Shown: positions 11,961 to 22,900 of the stretch, one piece after another
Layout: each line of letters begins with the position of its first letter
Numbering within the stretch: position 1 is the first letter of the stretch
DNA from: Felis catus
Taxonomy: Eukaryota
DNA: 64,000 nucleotides
Direction: 5' to 3'
Assembly: GCF_018350175.1 (NCBI RefSeq)
Contig: NC_058375.1
Span: 12,462,001-12,526,000, forward strand
Made by a program: the position numbers and the translations under genes
The notes under the pieces: generated by a model
Seen by the model: the letters and a program-made list of their open reading frames with translations, nothing else
What the model was told of the DNA's origin: nothing
Databases searched by the model: none

Positions 11961-12007
11961 ACACACATGTGCGTGCACACACGCACACACACACACACAC
12001 ACACACA
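11961..12007. repeat. (CA)n microsatellite, imperfect
   Basis: Direct reading. Confidence 0.95.
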
Positions 12008-12179
12008 CCCCAACACCACCCCCTGAGAGATGGGCAGATTGGACTTCCTACTCCAACTCTCCGAGTGTGGGATCTGAAGCCTAGGGACACGTTCAGGGTT
12101 GTAGGACTGATCGCCTGGTTTCGAGAACAGTGCCCTTTCCACACCTGGGGGCTCGGGGAGAACGCGGTGTGGACGGTGG

Positions 12180-12670
12180 TGTTCCGATCAGCTGTTGCTG
12201 TGTAATGAACCGCCCCGAAACTTCATGGCAGGAGACAACCATTTTGTGGGGCTAAGAATAGACTCTGGAATCGGATGGGGTACAACGGGGCGGCTCGTCT
12301 CTGCTCTGTCATATCCGGGGCCCCAGAGGCTGAAAGAGTAAAATCTGGGGGTGACTCAACAGCCGGTCCCTCCTTCCCTGTCTGGCAGTGGGTGCCAGAC
12401 TTGGTCGGGCTGTTGACCAGAGCGTTGGCACACGACCCCTTCTCGTGGCCCTGGTGGCCTCGGGGTCGGCGGTGCCTCACGTCGTGGCTCCACAGGTGAG
12501 CGTCCCAGCCGACAAGGTGGAGGTCAGGCGGCCTGCTCTGACCCGGCATCGCTGGTGCCACGGCATCCTGTCGGCTTCGAACCAGTCACCAGCCTGCCCA
12601 GATTCAGGCCTGGACCCTGTCCCTCCATGACCAGAGAGCCAGAATTTGTGGACGTGGTTACAAACCATCA
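12180..12670 (-). mobile_element. MLT1 (MaLR) LTR
   Basis: tcagctgttgctgtgtaatgaaccgccccgaaactt...cctgcccagattca...agaatttgtggacgtgg...aaaccatca. Confidence 0.8.
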
Positions 12671-12847
12671 AGGCCGGCCCCGGGGGCCATGAAAAGCTGG
12701 GACGGAGAATGTGGAGCTCCAATGGGCTTGGGCTGGAGGCTCTGATGAGCCCTGGCCCCCAGCGTCCCATCACCACCTCGTGGCCAAACTCGGGGTGTCT
12801 GTGGTCCTGCGAGCTTCCTGTCCTCGTTCTGGAGAACACGCCCCTGG

Positions 12848-12866
12848 TGGCCAGCAGGGGGCGCCC
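12848..12866 (+). promoter_or_regulatory. CTCF motif (near-perfect)
   Basis: TGGCCAGCAGGGGGCGCCC. Confidence 0.75.
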
Positions 12867-14820
12867 AATGCCCTTGTCCTCGGTGGGTTAGGAGGGGACG
12901 AGGGAGGACGACCCCGGTGGCCTCTCTGGACACAGTCGCCCAGCAAGGAGCCCTGGAGGGGGCCCCAGCTGTGTCCACACCGCGTCGGTCCCGTCCCGCA
13001 GTCTCCGCGACACCCTGTTGATGGCTTTCCGGCTCTCCACCAGCTATGCCAGCCCTTCAGCACCCCCTCGGGGAGCACCGTGGGCAGGGGGTCCGGCGCT
13101 GGTTTTGCGGCCGGCTGGATTGTGAGACCGAGCAAATCCCCCGCCTGGACTTGGGGTTTTCCAGACACCAGAGCAAGGGGGCTGGGCCACAGGATCCCCA
13201 AGTTTCCAGAAGGCCACTGAATTTCTTCTCAGGTGGAAACCCCATCTCCCAAGGCTGGCTGCAAGCTCCTTGAGGGCAGGCTGTGCCTTCCTGACTCCGG
13301 GCGAGGCACTTTGCCACGCGGGGCCTCAGTCTCTCATCCGGAAAGTGGGGACGCCGACAGTGTCTGTGTCGGGGCGTCTTTGGGCGTTGCCAAGCACCTG
13401 GCACCTTAGTAGGCGGTCAGCCACAGCCACTTGCTTTGCTGAGGGTGTTCTCTGAGCCCGGGGAGCTTGTCCCCTGGGGTCTCCTGGGGGCTTGGGGAGA
13501 GTGTGGGTGGTTGAGGGCAACCCATCACAGCTGCTGGATGCAGTCCCCAGAACAGGCCTCCCGGGACTGTCCTCCTGTGGTTACGACGTGAAGTTTCTGA
13601 AAACCCCCCTTGTCGTTACGAGACGCCCCACTCGACTGAGGCCTCTGCCCGAGGCTCCCTGTTTGCTGTGTGGGCGCCATGTTGGATTGTAATTGTGTCC
13701 ATGTGGGAGGGGCACTGCCATCTGGTCTCGGAAGGAGGAAAATTGGGGTTACACCGCCTTTCCCGTTGTCCTCTCTGCTCCTCACTGCTTGGCCACACAG
13801 GAGCTGTGACAACGCCTGCCTTGCCCCCTCACTTCCCTCCCGATGCCCCAGTGGGGACCCTGCCAGGCCAGCCTTACTCACCCTCCTCTCTCCTTCCACC
13901 GTGCCTCAGCCTCCTCACTGCCACATCACGGTGGGCGCAGCCCCCAGGAACATGGAGGTGGCCTCAATGACCGGCTGAGATTTGTCTAGAGGGTGGTTGG
14001 GGGTGGGTAGAACGTCCCGGGGCCCCGACCAAGGAACTTTCTTGGCAATAGAAATCACTTCTCCTTCTTGAACATTCCTTCCTCTCAGGCTTGATCTGTG
14101 ATCCTGGGGCCTGACTGGAAGTCTTTGGAGAAGCAACATTACCTGTTGAAGGCACAGCTTGCCGCGGCCATCGGGACACACAGGGTTCAGAGGGCAGGGG
14201 TGAGGGGAGAGTGGGGGCCTCGGGGAGCAGGACTTCTGTTTCGGTGAATCAGCCTCTAGGCTTTCCAGGATGCCGGCGAGCCTTGCCTTTGGTGCAGCCA
14301 GGGTGCCTGATGTCAGGGCCACCACCTTTGGGCACGTGGGCCAGGTGCTGCATGACCCCAGGGGCACCATGCAGACAGGTTACACGTGGGGGGCGGCCCT
14401 TAAATTGTGCGCTGTGGCAGCTGCAGCTGGTGACCTGTCAGTGCTGGTCTGGCCCGTGCAGGGGTTGGCAGCCTCTGTCTTCCAATGACCCGGAGGAAGG
14501 AACCTCCAGACCCCCCTTGCCTTAACTGTCCAGTGTACCTGAGTGCCTACCTTAGCTTCTCTGGGCTAGGCCTCAATTCCCTGGTCGTCTCTTGTAGCAG
14601 AGAGGGGCTGGATCCTCCTTCCTGGGTCCAGGCAGCTGACAGATGGCCCCAAGTCCCAGTGCCACCAGCCCCTAACACTGACTAACACCTCCACCCGGAC
14701 ACGGCTGTTGGCACCCCAGCCTGGGATGGACCTCTGATGGGCTGACATTTGCCCAAATGGGCCCCACACTAGAACAAGACAGAAGCTCCAAATCCCAGCT
14801 CTGCCTTTGCCTGTCAAATC

Positions 14821-15030
14821 CTTCTTCTTCTTCTTTTTTTAATGTTTATTTATTTTTGAGAGAGAGACAGAGCGTGAGCTGGGGAGGGGCAGAGAGAGGG
14901 AGACACAGAATCGGAAGCAGGCTCCGGGCTCCGAGCTGTCAGCACAGAGCCTGACGTGGGGGTTGAAGCCATGAGATCATGACCTGAGCGAAAGTCAGAG
15001 GCTTAACCAACTGAGCCACCCAGGTGCCCC
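14821..15030 (-). mobile_element. CAN-SINE (SINEC_Fc)
   Basis: Full length; abuts the tail of the next SINE. Confidence 0.95.
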
Positions 15031-15239
15031 TATTTTTTATTTTAGAGAGAGAGAGAGAGAGAGAGAGAGAGCGTGCGTGCCTACGAGTAGGGGAGAAGGG
15101 CAGAGGGAGGGAGAATCCTAGGCAGATGCCGTGCTCAGCGCCGAGCCTGATGTGGGACTCGATCCCACGACCCTGGGATCATGCCCTGAGCTGAAATCAA
15201 GCATCGGACGTTCAACCTACTGAGCCACCCAGGGGCCCC
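15031..15239 (-). mobile_element. CAN-SINE with long (GA)n
   Basis: Head gagctgaaatcaagcatcggacg...aggggcccc. Confidence 0.95.
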
Positions 15240-15269
15240 GCTTTTGTTTTCTTAAATTTTTTTTACGTT

Positions 15270-15450
15270 TATTTATTCGTTCAGTAGATGTTAGTGAAAA
15301 GCGTACTATGTGCCGGGCACTGGGTTAGGTCCGGAGGAGGCGGGTGAATCAGGCAGGCAGGTTGCTCCGTGGCTGGAGTTTAGGCACACTTGCGGGCACA
15401 GACGAAGTCCAAGTAAACACGCGGAGAGATTACACAATTACAAATTGCCT
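15270..15450 (-). mobile_element. L2 3' end
   Basis: ttattcgttcagtagatgtt...tactatgtgccgggcactg. Confidence 0.7.
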
Positions 15451-15619
15451 AAATGCTTTGGAGGAAACAAACTCATTTGCTTATTAAGGCTTCAGGGATA
15501 CAAAGGTAAGTTTCAGCCAAGCCCGTGGAATGTGAGGTTTTTCTAGGATCCCATAATGGAAATAAGCAGACACTGGCAAGGGCCTGCGAAGACTGTAATA
15601 TGTCCATGAGCGCCTCATG

Positions 15620-15790
15620 GAAACGAGCTCTTTCGCTCTTTACAGAAGTCCTCGTGGCGTGGCCGAGTGTCATTATCTCCATCTTACAGAGGAGCACACA
15701 GAGGTCAGGGGGTCAAGTGACTTGCCCGCGGTCACGTAGCTTGCTAATGAAGCCAGATTTGAGCTTGGGTTTGTTTGATCCCTGCCTGCT
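15620..15790 (-). mobile_element. MIR
   Basis: attatctccatcttacagagg...aagtgacttgcccgcggtcac. Confidence 0.75.
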
Positions 15791-16179
15791 GTAATTACAG
15801 ACCTTGTCCGAGCCTCGTGGCCGGGCTCCTGCTGGGCAGGGAGTTCCTAAAGCCGGTGGCTGGAGGGCTGGGGGGGACCCCCTGGGAACGAGGCCCCCCC
15901 CCACCCATCTGAGCTGGAAAAGGGGGTGGAGGGTGGGGTCCAGGAGACCCGGGGCTGGAGGAGCTAATGCCAAAGCTAAAAGAAGGCGATGGGGTGTGGA
16001 TGGGGTCCCCACCTCTGTCTCCACGTAGCACCTGAGGGCCAGCATGTCTCATGGCCTTGACTGTTCCCACTTTCAGGGCTTCAGGCAGGTGGCTTAGGAG
16101 GTCGGGAGCCCCGCGCTCAGAATCTGGACTCGCTGCCCCGGTACCACAGTCCTAGTCTCCTCGTGGGTGAGAGCCCGGG

Positions 16180-16370
16180 ACACAAATTCCAGCTTTCCCA
16201 CCTTCGAGCGGTGTGACTTTTGGCAAGTTGCTTACTTCTCTGAGCCTCAGTGGCCTCACGTTCCAGACGGGCGTGATCAAATCTGCTTCTCCGATCCTGG
16301 AGGATAAATAAGATGATACATTACAGTGTTTCCCCCAGTTCCCGGATGATCATATAGTGAGGGTCGATGA
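16180..16370 (+). mobile_element. MIR
   Basis: gtgtgacttttggcaagttgcttacttctctgagcctcag. Confidence 0.75.
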
Positions 16371-16487
16371 GCATAAAGCCAAACCCTATTCTTCCAGGAA
16401 CTCGGGGTGTCTACACCTCCCCCAACTGATGGAAAGAGCCTGCAAAACAAAGTAGGACCCATGAACGTTCTTTCTCTGATTTTCGGG

Positions 16488-16714
16488 TTTTTTTTGTTTT
16501 AATTTTTTTTTAAACGTTTATTTATTTTTGAGACAGAGAGAGAGACAGAGCATGAGCAGGGGAGGCGCAGAGAGAGGGAGACACAGAATCTGAAACAGGC
16601 TCCGGGCTCCGAGCTGTCAGCACAGAGCCCGACGCGGGGCTCGAACTCACGAACCGCGAGATCATGACCTGAGCCGAAGTCAGACGCTCACCGACTGAGC
16701 CACCCAGGTGCCCC
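16488..16714 (-). mobile_element. CAN-SINE (SINEC_Fc)
   Basis: Near-consensus full-length copy. Confidence 0.95.
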
Positions 16715-16717
16715 TGC

Positions 16718-16810
16718 TGTCGTTCCTTCTTCAGGCCGAGCGCCACGGTGTGGTTGTGCCACGTCTTGTTGGTCCACTCGCCCATCTCTGGGCATGCGGC
16801 CGAGGGTGGT
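16718..16810 (-). mobile_element. L1M 3'-UTR fragment
   Basis: gttccttcttcaggccgag...tgccacgtcttgttggtccactcgcccatc...gggcat, a GC-shifted version of the L1 ttcctttttatggctgag...ccacattttgtttatccattca motif. Confidence 0.6.
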
Positions 16811-17124
16811 CACCCTGCGGCTTTTGAGTTGCAAGCACTCAGTTCCAGCCGCCAGCCGAGTCCCGGTTCCAAACTTCTGAGGCAGAGACGGTGACCGTCC
16901 TGTGCGCACACGTTGGCCCTGGGCCACATGGGTATCGACAACATGGCGGCCGCGACCCGCTCTTGGGAGGTGAGGGGGTGATTCTCGGAAAGGAAATGGT
17001 AGTCGTTGGCGATTGAGAAGCCTGTCCCTACGTAAGAAACCAAGCTGGGTCATCCCTAGATGGAAATATTTTCATTCCGATGGACCTCTCTGGAATGTGT
17101 CGGTTAGGAGACTCAGAAAGAGGC

Positions 17125-17620
17125 TTTTATTGAATTTTACGTCTTTATTAAAAATGTTTTCGTGGGGCGCCTGGGTGGCTCCGTCTGTCGAGCGTCCGAC
17201 TTCGGCTCAGGTCATGGTCTCGTGGTCCGTGAGTTCGAGCCCCGCGTCAGGCTCTGGGCTGACAGCTCGGAGCCCAGAGCCTGCTTCCGATTCTGCGTCT
17301 CCCTCTCTCTCTGCCCCTCCCCCGTTCATGCTCTGTCTCTCTCTGTCTCAAAAATAAATAAAAAACGTTAAAAAAAATTAAAAAAAAATGTTTTCGTATG
17401 TGAGTTTCGTGCGTACAACATAGTGATTCGGCTTCTCTGTGCATTGTGCTGTGCCCACCGCGTGTAGCCGCCATCTGTCACCATACGACGCTATCACGGT
17501 GCCGTTGACTGTGTCCCCTGTGCTGTGCCTTTATTCTTGTGACTTACTCATTCCGTGACTGGAAACTTGTACTCCTTCTCTCCTTCGCCCAGTTGGCCCG
17601 TTTCCCCCCCACCCCCTTCC
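17125..17620 (-). mobile_element. L1 3' end (L1MA/carnivore L1-like), split by a SINE
   Basis: gtacaacatagtgattc...gccatctgtcaccatac...ttgactgtgtcccctgtgctgtgc...actggaaacttgtac. Confidence 0.8.
17164..17383 (+). mobile_element. CAN-SINE (SINEC_Fc)
   Basis: Perfect 14-bp TSD aaaaatgttttcgt (17150-63 / 17384-97). Confidence 0.97.
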
Positions 17621-17984
17621 CCCGGAAAGATGCTATTTTAATTTCAACATATCTGCGTGCTTTGTGCCTTCTGGCTTACAGGGTGGCAGGTAGAAGTGGG
17701 GGGCCTCTACGAGTCGGGCCCTGGTTAGGCCGCCGTCTTGCCCTGGTGTGGGGGGGCCTGTTTGCTCTGGGGGCCAGTCAGCCAGAGGCTGCCTCAGACC
17801 CTCGGGACCCGCGGGGCCCGGTCCAGCCCCGCCTCTGCCCTGGCGCCCTCACTCGTTCTTCTCCAACTTCTGTCTCTTGATGTTACCCAGGCTCAGTTTC
17901 TTACTGACAAAATGGCTGCTAACACGCACCGTGCTTTCTTTGGTACGTTGGCGAGGAGGCCACATGTAGCTGATGACCGCAGAG

Positions 17985-18206
17985 CAGGGATTCTCAACCG
18001 GGGCCACTTGCCCCCCCCCCCCCAAAGACGGACAAGTGGCAATGTCTGGAGCCATTTTTGGTTCACCCAGCTGGGAAGGGTCGGTGCTGCTGACATTAGA
18101 GGGCGCGGGCCAGGGATGCCGCCACATGTGCTGCAGGGCCCAGGACGCCCCCACCACCAGGGTGGTCTGGTCCAGAGTGTCGGTAGCGCCGAGGGGAGAC
18201 AGGCTG
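17985..18206 (+). mobile_element. MER20
   Basis: cagggattctcaaccgggg...ggcaatgtctggagccatttttgg. Confidence 0.85.
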
Positions 18207-19499
18207 GTCCGGGGCAGCCTGGGAGAATCATTCCTTCTGCGCGTCTTTCCTGGGCATCGTTCGGCGCTGCCTGCGGGGAACGGCAGGGGGTTGGTAGGGA
18301 CACAAGGCGGAAAGGACCCAGTCCTACGGCAGAGGGTCTGGCGTATGGTGGACACTTCCATACCGTTTCTACATCAAAGCGTGGCTTCAGCTGGCGGAAA
18401 GCCCGGCACGTGGCCGTGGTCATGCCCTACTCGTGGCCGAGCAGACTCCGCTGGCAAAGTGTGATGCGGCCAACAGCCTCTGCTGGCCGACAGGTGCTTC
18501 CAGAATGCTGGCGGAAACTCACCCAACAGAGTGTGGCTCAGGCGGCCGGTTATTGAGTGGATGGGGGAGAAACAGGCTACCCTGGCCTCCCAGAGTGACC
18601 GGTGGTTTGGGGAGAAAGGAGTGGAGGCGGGTTTATCGAGGTTTTTCTGAACTCGTGGCTTCTGCTCAGCGAGTATTTGCCCCCTCTGCCACCTGGGCTT
18701 TGGGGGTGGGTGGGGAAGGGAGGGCAGGAAAGACAAGACTCTAGAGAGCAGGAGAGGAAATTCCAGAGGACTTTAAACCCTTCAGAGGATGGGGGCCGGG
18801 CGTGGGGGTGGGGGCGGGTTCAGGTTGCCAAAGAGAAACATGGAGGAAGATTCCGGCCTCTCGTGTGCTCCTTGCCTGACCTTGGGGGGCAGCTTTCTCT
18901 GGGAGTAGAGAGCCCGGGCCAGGCCTTCTGGGTGGGTGAGGCGGGAAAGACGGTGGCCCTCTGCCGTCGGGCAAAGGGAACGAGACTGCAGCCTGTCCCC
19001 TGACCAGGACTGAGGGAAGGTGCTGGAAGGAAGGCGAGGGCAGCCGGAGTGGACAGCTTTTCTCCTCGCAGGGCCCCCAGAACCAGGAACCCGCCTTCCT
19101 GACTCTGGCCAGGGCATCTTAAAGGAAGAGCTCTCCCCGTCGCTACGTCCACAGGTGGAGGGGCCACGTCTCCACCTGCCTCTTCACTCATACCTTAAGC
19201 CCCAAATAATAAAGCCAACGAAGCTCTAACGATGACAAGGGCTTCCTGCCAGCGTCAGTGGTGCTGTTCTGGTGCTTTCCATCTCATTTAATTCTCTCGC
19301 ACTGCCGTGCACCTCCCAGCTGGCTCTTGGCCGCCAGCCTCCCAGGAGGGAATCCAGTGAGTCAGGCGTATGTTGATTCTCTCCGGTGGTGCAGAACCTT
19401 CGGTCCCACCAGGGCTTGCTGAACCCTTTGCGCCCCGGGCTCGCTTGGGTAACTAGTGGAACCAGAGGCTTTGGTCTCCTTCAGCCCCGAACTCAAAAT

Positions 19500-19660
19500 A
19501 GCCACAATTTTGTACGCCCTCGGCATGACCTCGGACAACTTACTTCTCTCTCAGAAACCTGTTTCCCTCTTTGCAAAACGGGGGGAAACCTTGTTGTGAC
19601 GCTCAGATGAAGGGGAGAGTTTTTAGTGGATAAAACACATGCGAGCCCAAACCCGGGATC
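19500..19660 (+). mobile_element. MIR
   Basis: tgacctcggacaacttacttctctctc...gtttccctctttgcaaaacgggg. Confidence 0.7.
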
Positions 19661-19662
19661 GT

Positions 19663-19665
<3 letters not shown>

Positions 19666-19692
<27 letters not shown>
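19666..19692. repeat. (CAT)9 microsatellite
   Basis: Direct reading. Confidence 0.95.
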
Positions 19693-19694
<2 letters not shown>

Positions 19695-19900
19695 GGGGTC
19701 AGCAAACTTTCGCTATGAGACCAGACGGCAAATCTTTTAGGCTTTGTAGCCCCTACAGTCTGTCGGTATTAAATTCTATCGTCTCTTCGAAGCGGCCACA
19801 TGGGCCGCAAATGGGTGTGGCTGTGTTTCAATAAAACTTTATTTACAAACACGGGGGATGGGCCCGATTTGGCCTGAGGGCTATGGTTTGCTGATGCCCG
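19693..19900 (+). mobile_element. MER58A (hAT-Charlie)
   Basis: TIRs caggggtcagcaaact / ggtttgctgatgcccg; diagnostic ggctgtgtttcaataaaactttatttacaaa. Confidence 0.9.
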
Positions 19901-20088
19901 CCCGGTAGCAAAAAGCGGAACAGGGCCTGGGCCAGGTTTGATGTGAAATGCAAGTGTCCACGTGCAAACAACCATCTGAGTGTTTTGAGGGCAGGGGAGG
20001 ATCTACCTTTGAGACCCCATCCTGGGTTCTCAGGGGCACATGGTGAGGGCAGAGCGAGTATTTGTGGGTAAATGACTTTCTGGCGACC

Positions 20089-20251
20089 ATCTCGGCTCAG
20101 GTCATGATCTCATGGTCATGAGATCGAGCCCCACGTCGGGATCCTCGGTGGGTATGGAGACTGCCTGGGATTCTCTCTCTCTGTCTGCCCCTCCTTCATT
20201 CTGGAGCTTGCACTCTCTCTCTGTCGTTCTCCAAATTAAAAAAAAAAAAAA
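20089..20251 (+). mobile_element. 5'-truncated CAN-SINE
   Basis: tctcggctcaggtcatgatctc...CT body, poly(A). Confidence 0.9.
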
Positions 20252-21239
20252 GGTGTCCTTGTAATCAGAGCCATCATTATTGTCTATCCCCCGGGAGCTG
20301 GACTCCAGAGCCCTTTCCCTATGGTCTCATTTAATCTTCACGAGAACTCTGTCATATCAGGACGATGAACCTCGAGCCCTCCCTTGTGCCCATGTCCTGT
20401 GCTTCTTTCTGGGCCGGGGGGGCAGCTGTCAGTGGTTAAACCTTCTGCCTTCGCCCCCCCTTAGAGGCCCCCACCTTTGTGTTCACGCTGCTCCTCCCTT
20501 TCCCCACCCCGGCTACTTCCTGGTCCTCCCAGGCCGACTGATGACAGATTGCCTGGCCCGGCCCGGCCCGGCCCTGCCCATGGGCCTGACCCAGTCTAGC
20601 CCTTCCTTGTGGGCTGCTAGGGGCCGCCTCCTGTGCTCCCGCCTGCCCGCCTGGCAGGTCTGGCAGGTGAATGACTCACATTCCTGGTCCTCTGCACACG
20701 AAGCGTGGGGAGCCAGTGCGCCTGACCCCTGGGCTCCTGCCTGCCCCGCCAGCGGCTGTGACGGACAGGACCCTTCCCCGCCGCTGGCGCCTGACCCTGT
20801 GCCACCCGCACCCGTTTCCCCGAGGGCCAGAATTGGACTGCACGGAATCCAGGTCAGCTTTGGGGCTTGTAAACATCTCTGTCCCTCGCCGAGTTGGAGG
20901 AGGGTCCCTTGGAGGTCACGGGGCGTGTGTGGGCTTTCTGCCGTTGTTGACACCCTTGGGCACCGGGCCCAGGGACACCCTGCTCCCTCCCAGTCGGTGA
21001 TGGGGCTTGGGGACGCCTTGTGCCAGGCTCTACAAGGAGGACTCTGCTGGGAGCCTCGGGGGACGTGGCCCTGACCCTGGTGGCCACCTGTGGGGGCAGG
21101 TCAGGGCAACGTGGGGGCGAGGAATGCAGAGGGAGCCCGGCAGAGGCGTGGGTGCCTCGGGAACTTTCCCTGATTCCCTTCTCGGGGTCACAGAGTTTGA
21201 TGGTTGGAGGCTGATACGGCCCTTACGGGACACCTAGGT

Positions 21240-21730
21240 CAACGGCATCATTTCAGAGCTGGGAAAACGGAGGCTCGGGAGGACAGGGAGTATCTCAAGG
21301 TCACGCGGTGACTTAGCGGCAGAGCCGGGCCTGGAAGCCGGATCCGGCTGCCGCCTCCCTGCGGTCACCCTGGGTCCTGGCTGTGAGTCCCCGACAGGTG
21401 GCTGTTTAGCCACAGCTTGAACCTCTCCGGTGGCGGTGAGCTCGCTGCTTTTGGAGGCAGCCTCTTGCGTCTGCGTGGCCGGCGGCCGGCGGTGAGGACA
21501 CAGGGCCTGCGGGGCGCTTACTCCGTGCCCGGCACCTTGCTAACGAAGCACGCCCCGCGCGTGAGCTCTTTCAGTCCTCCCAACGCCCCTGTGAGGCCGG
21601 TGGTGTTGTCGCCGTTCTCGTTCACAGCCGAGGAAACGGACCCAGAGAGGTTGAGTAACTTACTTAAGGTTTCGCAGCTTGGAAAAGGGGAGCTGAGATG
21701 GGAGGCCAGACGGGTCTGGTTCTGGGCCCT
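21240..21730 (-). mobile_element. Two MIR relics (about 21240-21350 and 21520-21730)
   Basis: gaggaaacggacccagagaggttgagtaacttacttaagg and similar cores. Confidence 0.7.
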
Positions 21731-22159
21731 GACGGAGCCCCCCGCCCCCTCCCTTTCTGCTGCCACGAGTCGATGAGGCGCAGCAGGGTGGGGGGCTGGC
21801 GGGGCACGGCCAGGCTGGGCTTGTTAGGGGCGTTTAGATGGATCGCGCGTTTCTCCGGCCTCCCCGCGTCCGAGGAAAACAAGTGTTATTGCTGAAGCTT
21901 TTCTCCCTCCCCCGCTCGGGCTTCGTGGCAGCTCACGCTCTGTCTCACGTGGCGCCCGAGCTGCAGAGTCCAGCACGAATGGTAATGACCTTCCAGAGTG
22001 GCCTCCACGATGCTACACCTGCCTTGGTCTGTCCACGAAGGGTCCTTTGCTGGTTAACGAGGGCAGCGCCTCACCCTAAGGTGCTCGACCGTTTACAAAG
22101 CTGGGCCACGTCTGTTGTCCCCGATGGGTCTCACGCCAGCCTGGGGTGCTGGGCAGGGC

Positions 22160-22270
22160 AGGAATGAAGATCCCTGTAATTGAGGGACAGAGGCTCAGAG
22201 AGGTGAGGTGACCTGCCTGAGGTCACACAGCTAAGAGATAGCAGAGCATTAGGTTCTCTCTCCTGGCTCC
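22160..22270 (-). mobile_element. MIR
   Basis: gaggctcagagaggtgaggtgacctgcctgaggtcacacagct. Confidence 0.8.
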
Positions 22271-22739
22271 TAACAGCGTGTGCTGCCATTAAGCGGGCCT
22301 CTCCTCTCAGTTTTTCCTCTGGAGGATCCAGAAGTTTCTAAAGGCGAGGCTGCCTCCCCGGCTTTTGGCCAACGAATCCGGGTCTCCTGAGGCTTGGCTG
22401 GGGACCGGCCACCAACTCTCCTCTGTCCCTTCGAGGGCTGAGCTCCTCTGGGAGCAATGGCCGCAGACTTTCCTGCTGGGCGTCCTCCGTTAGCGGGACT
22501 TTGGGGTCTTCAGGGGGGGTGACTGGTTTGGCCCCTTCACATCCCTACCACCTAGAAGGCGAGAAGGATCCCTGATATGTTCATCCAGGGCTTCCTCTCA
22601 AAAACAGTCTCATGGGTGAGAAGTCCCCAGGCTGATTCCGTTCTGTCCCCTCCTCCTTCTCTTCCTAGTGATCAACAACAACAACAACAACAATAATAAT
22701 AACAGCGAGGTTGACTACTGGCATTGCCACCATGACTAC

Positions 22740-22900
22740 TGTGCCATTTATCGGGCACTCACCCCGTGCTCAGCTCTGGGTCAGGAGTCCTGACGCCATA
22801 GCTCATCTAACCCTCCTGCCAGTCCAGATGTCACAGATGAGAAAGCTGAGGCACCGAGGGGTGAAGTCATTGGCCCAGAGTCACACGGCTGGCCCATGGC
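22740..22900 (-). mobile_element. MIR preceded by (AAC)n(AAT)n
   Basis: cacagatgagaaagctgaggcac...aagtcattggcccagagtcacac. Confidence 0.75.

Noticed and set aside
17164-17250. tRNA genes suggested by A/B boxes (tggctc...gg, gagttcgagccc)
   Set aside because: These are tRNA-derived SINE heads followed by a CT body, A tail and TSDs
17738-18556. 272-aa ORF
   Set aside because: Runs through a MER20; no domain recognised
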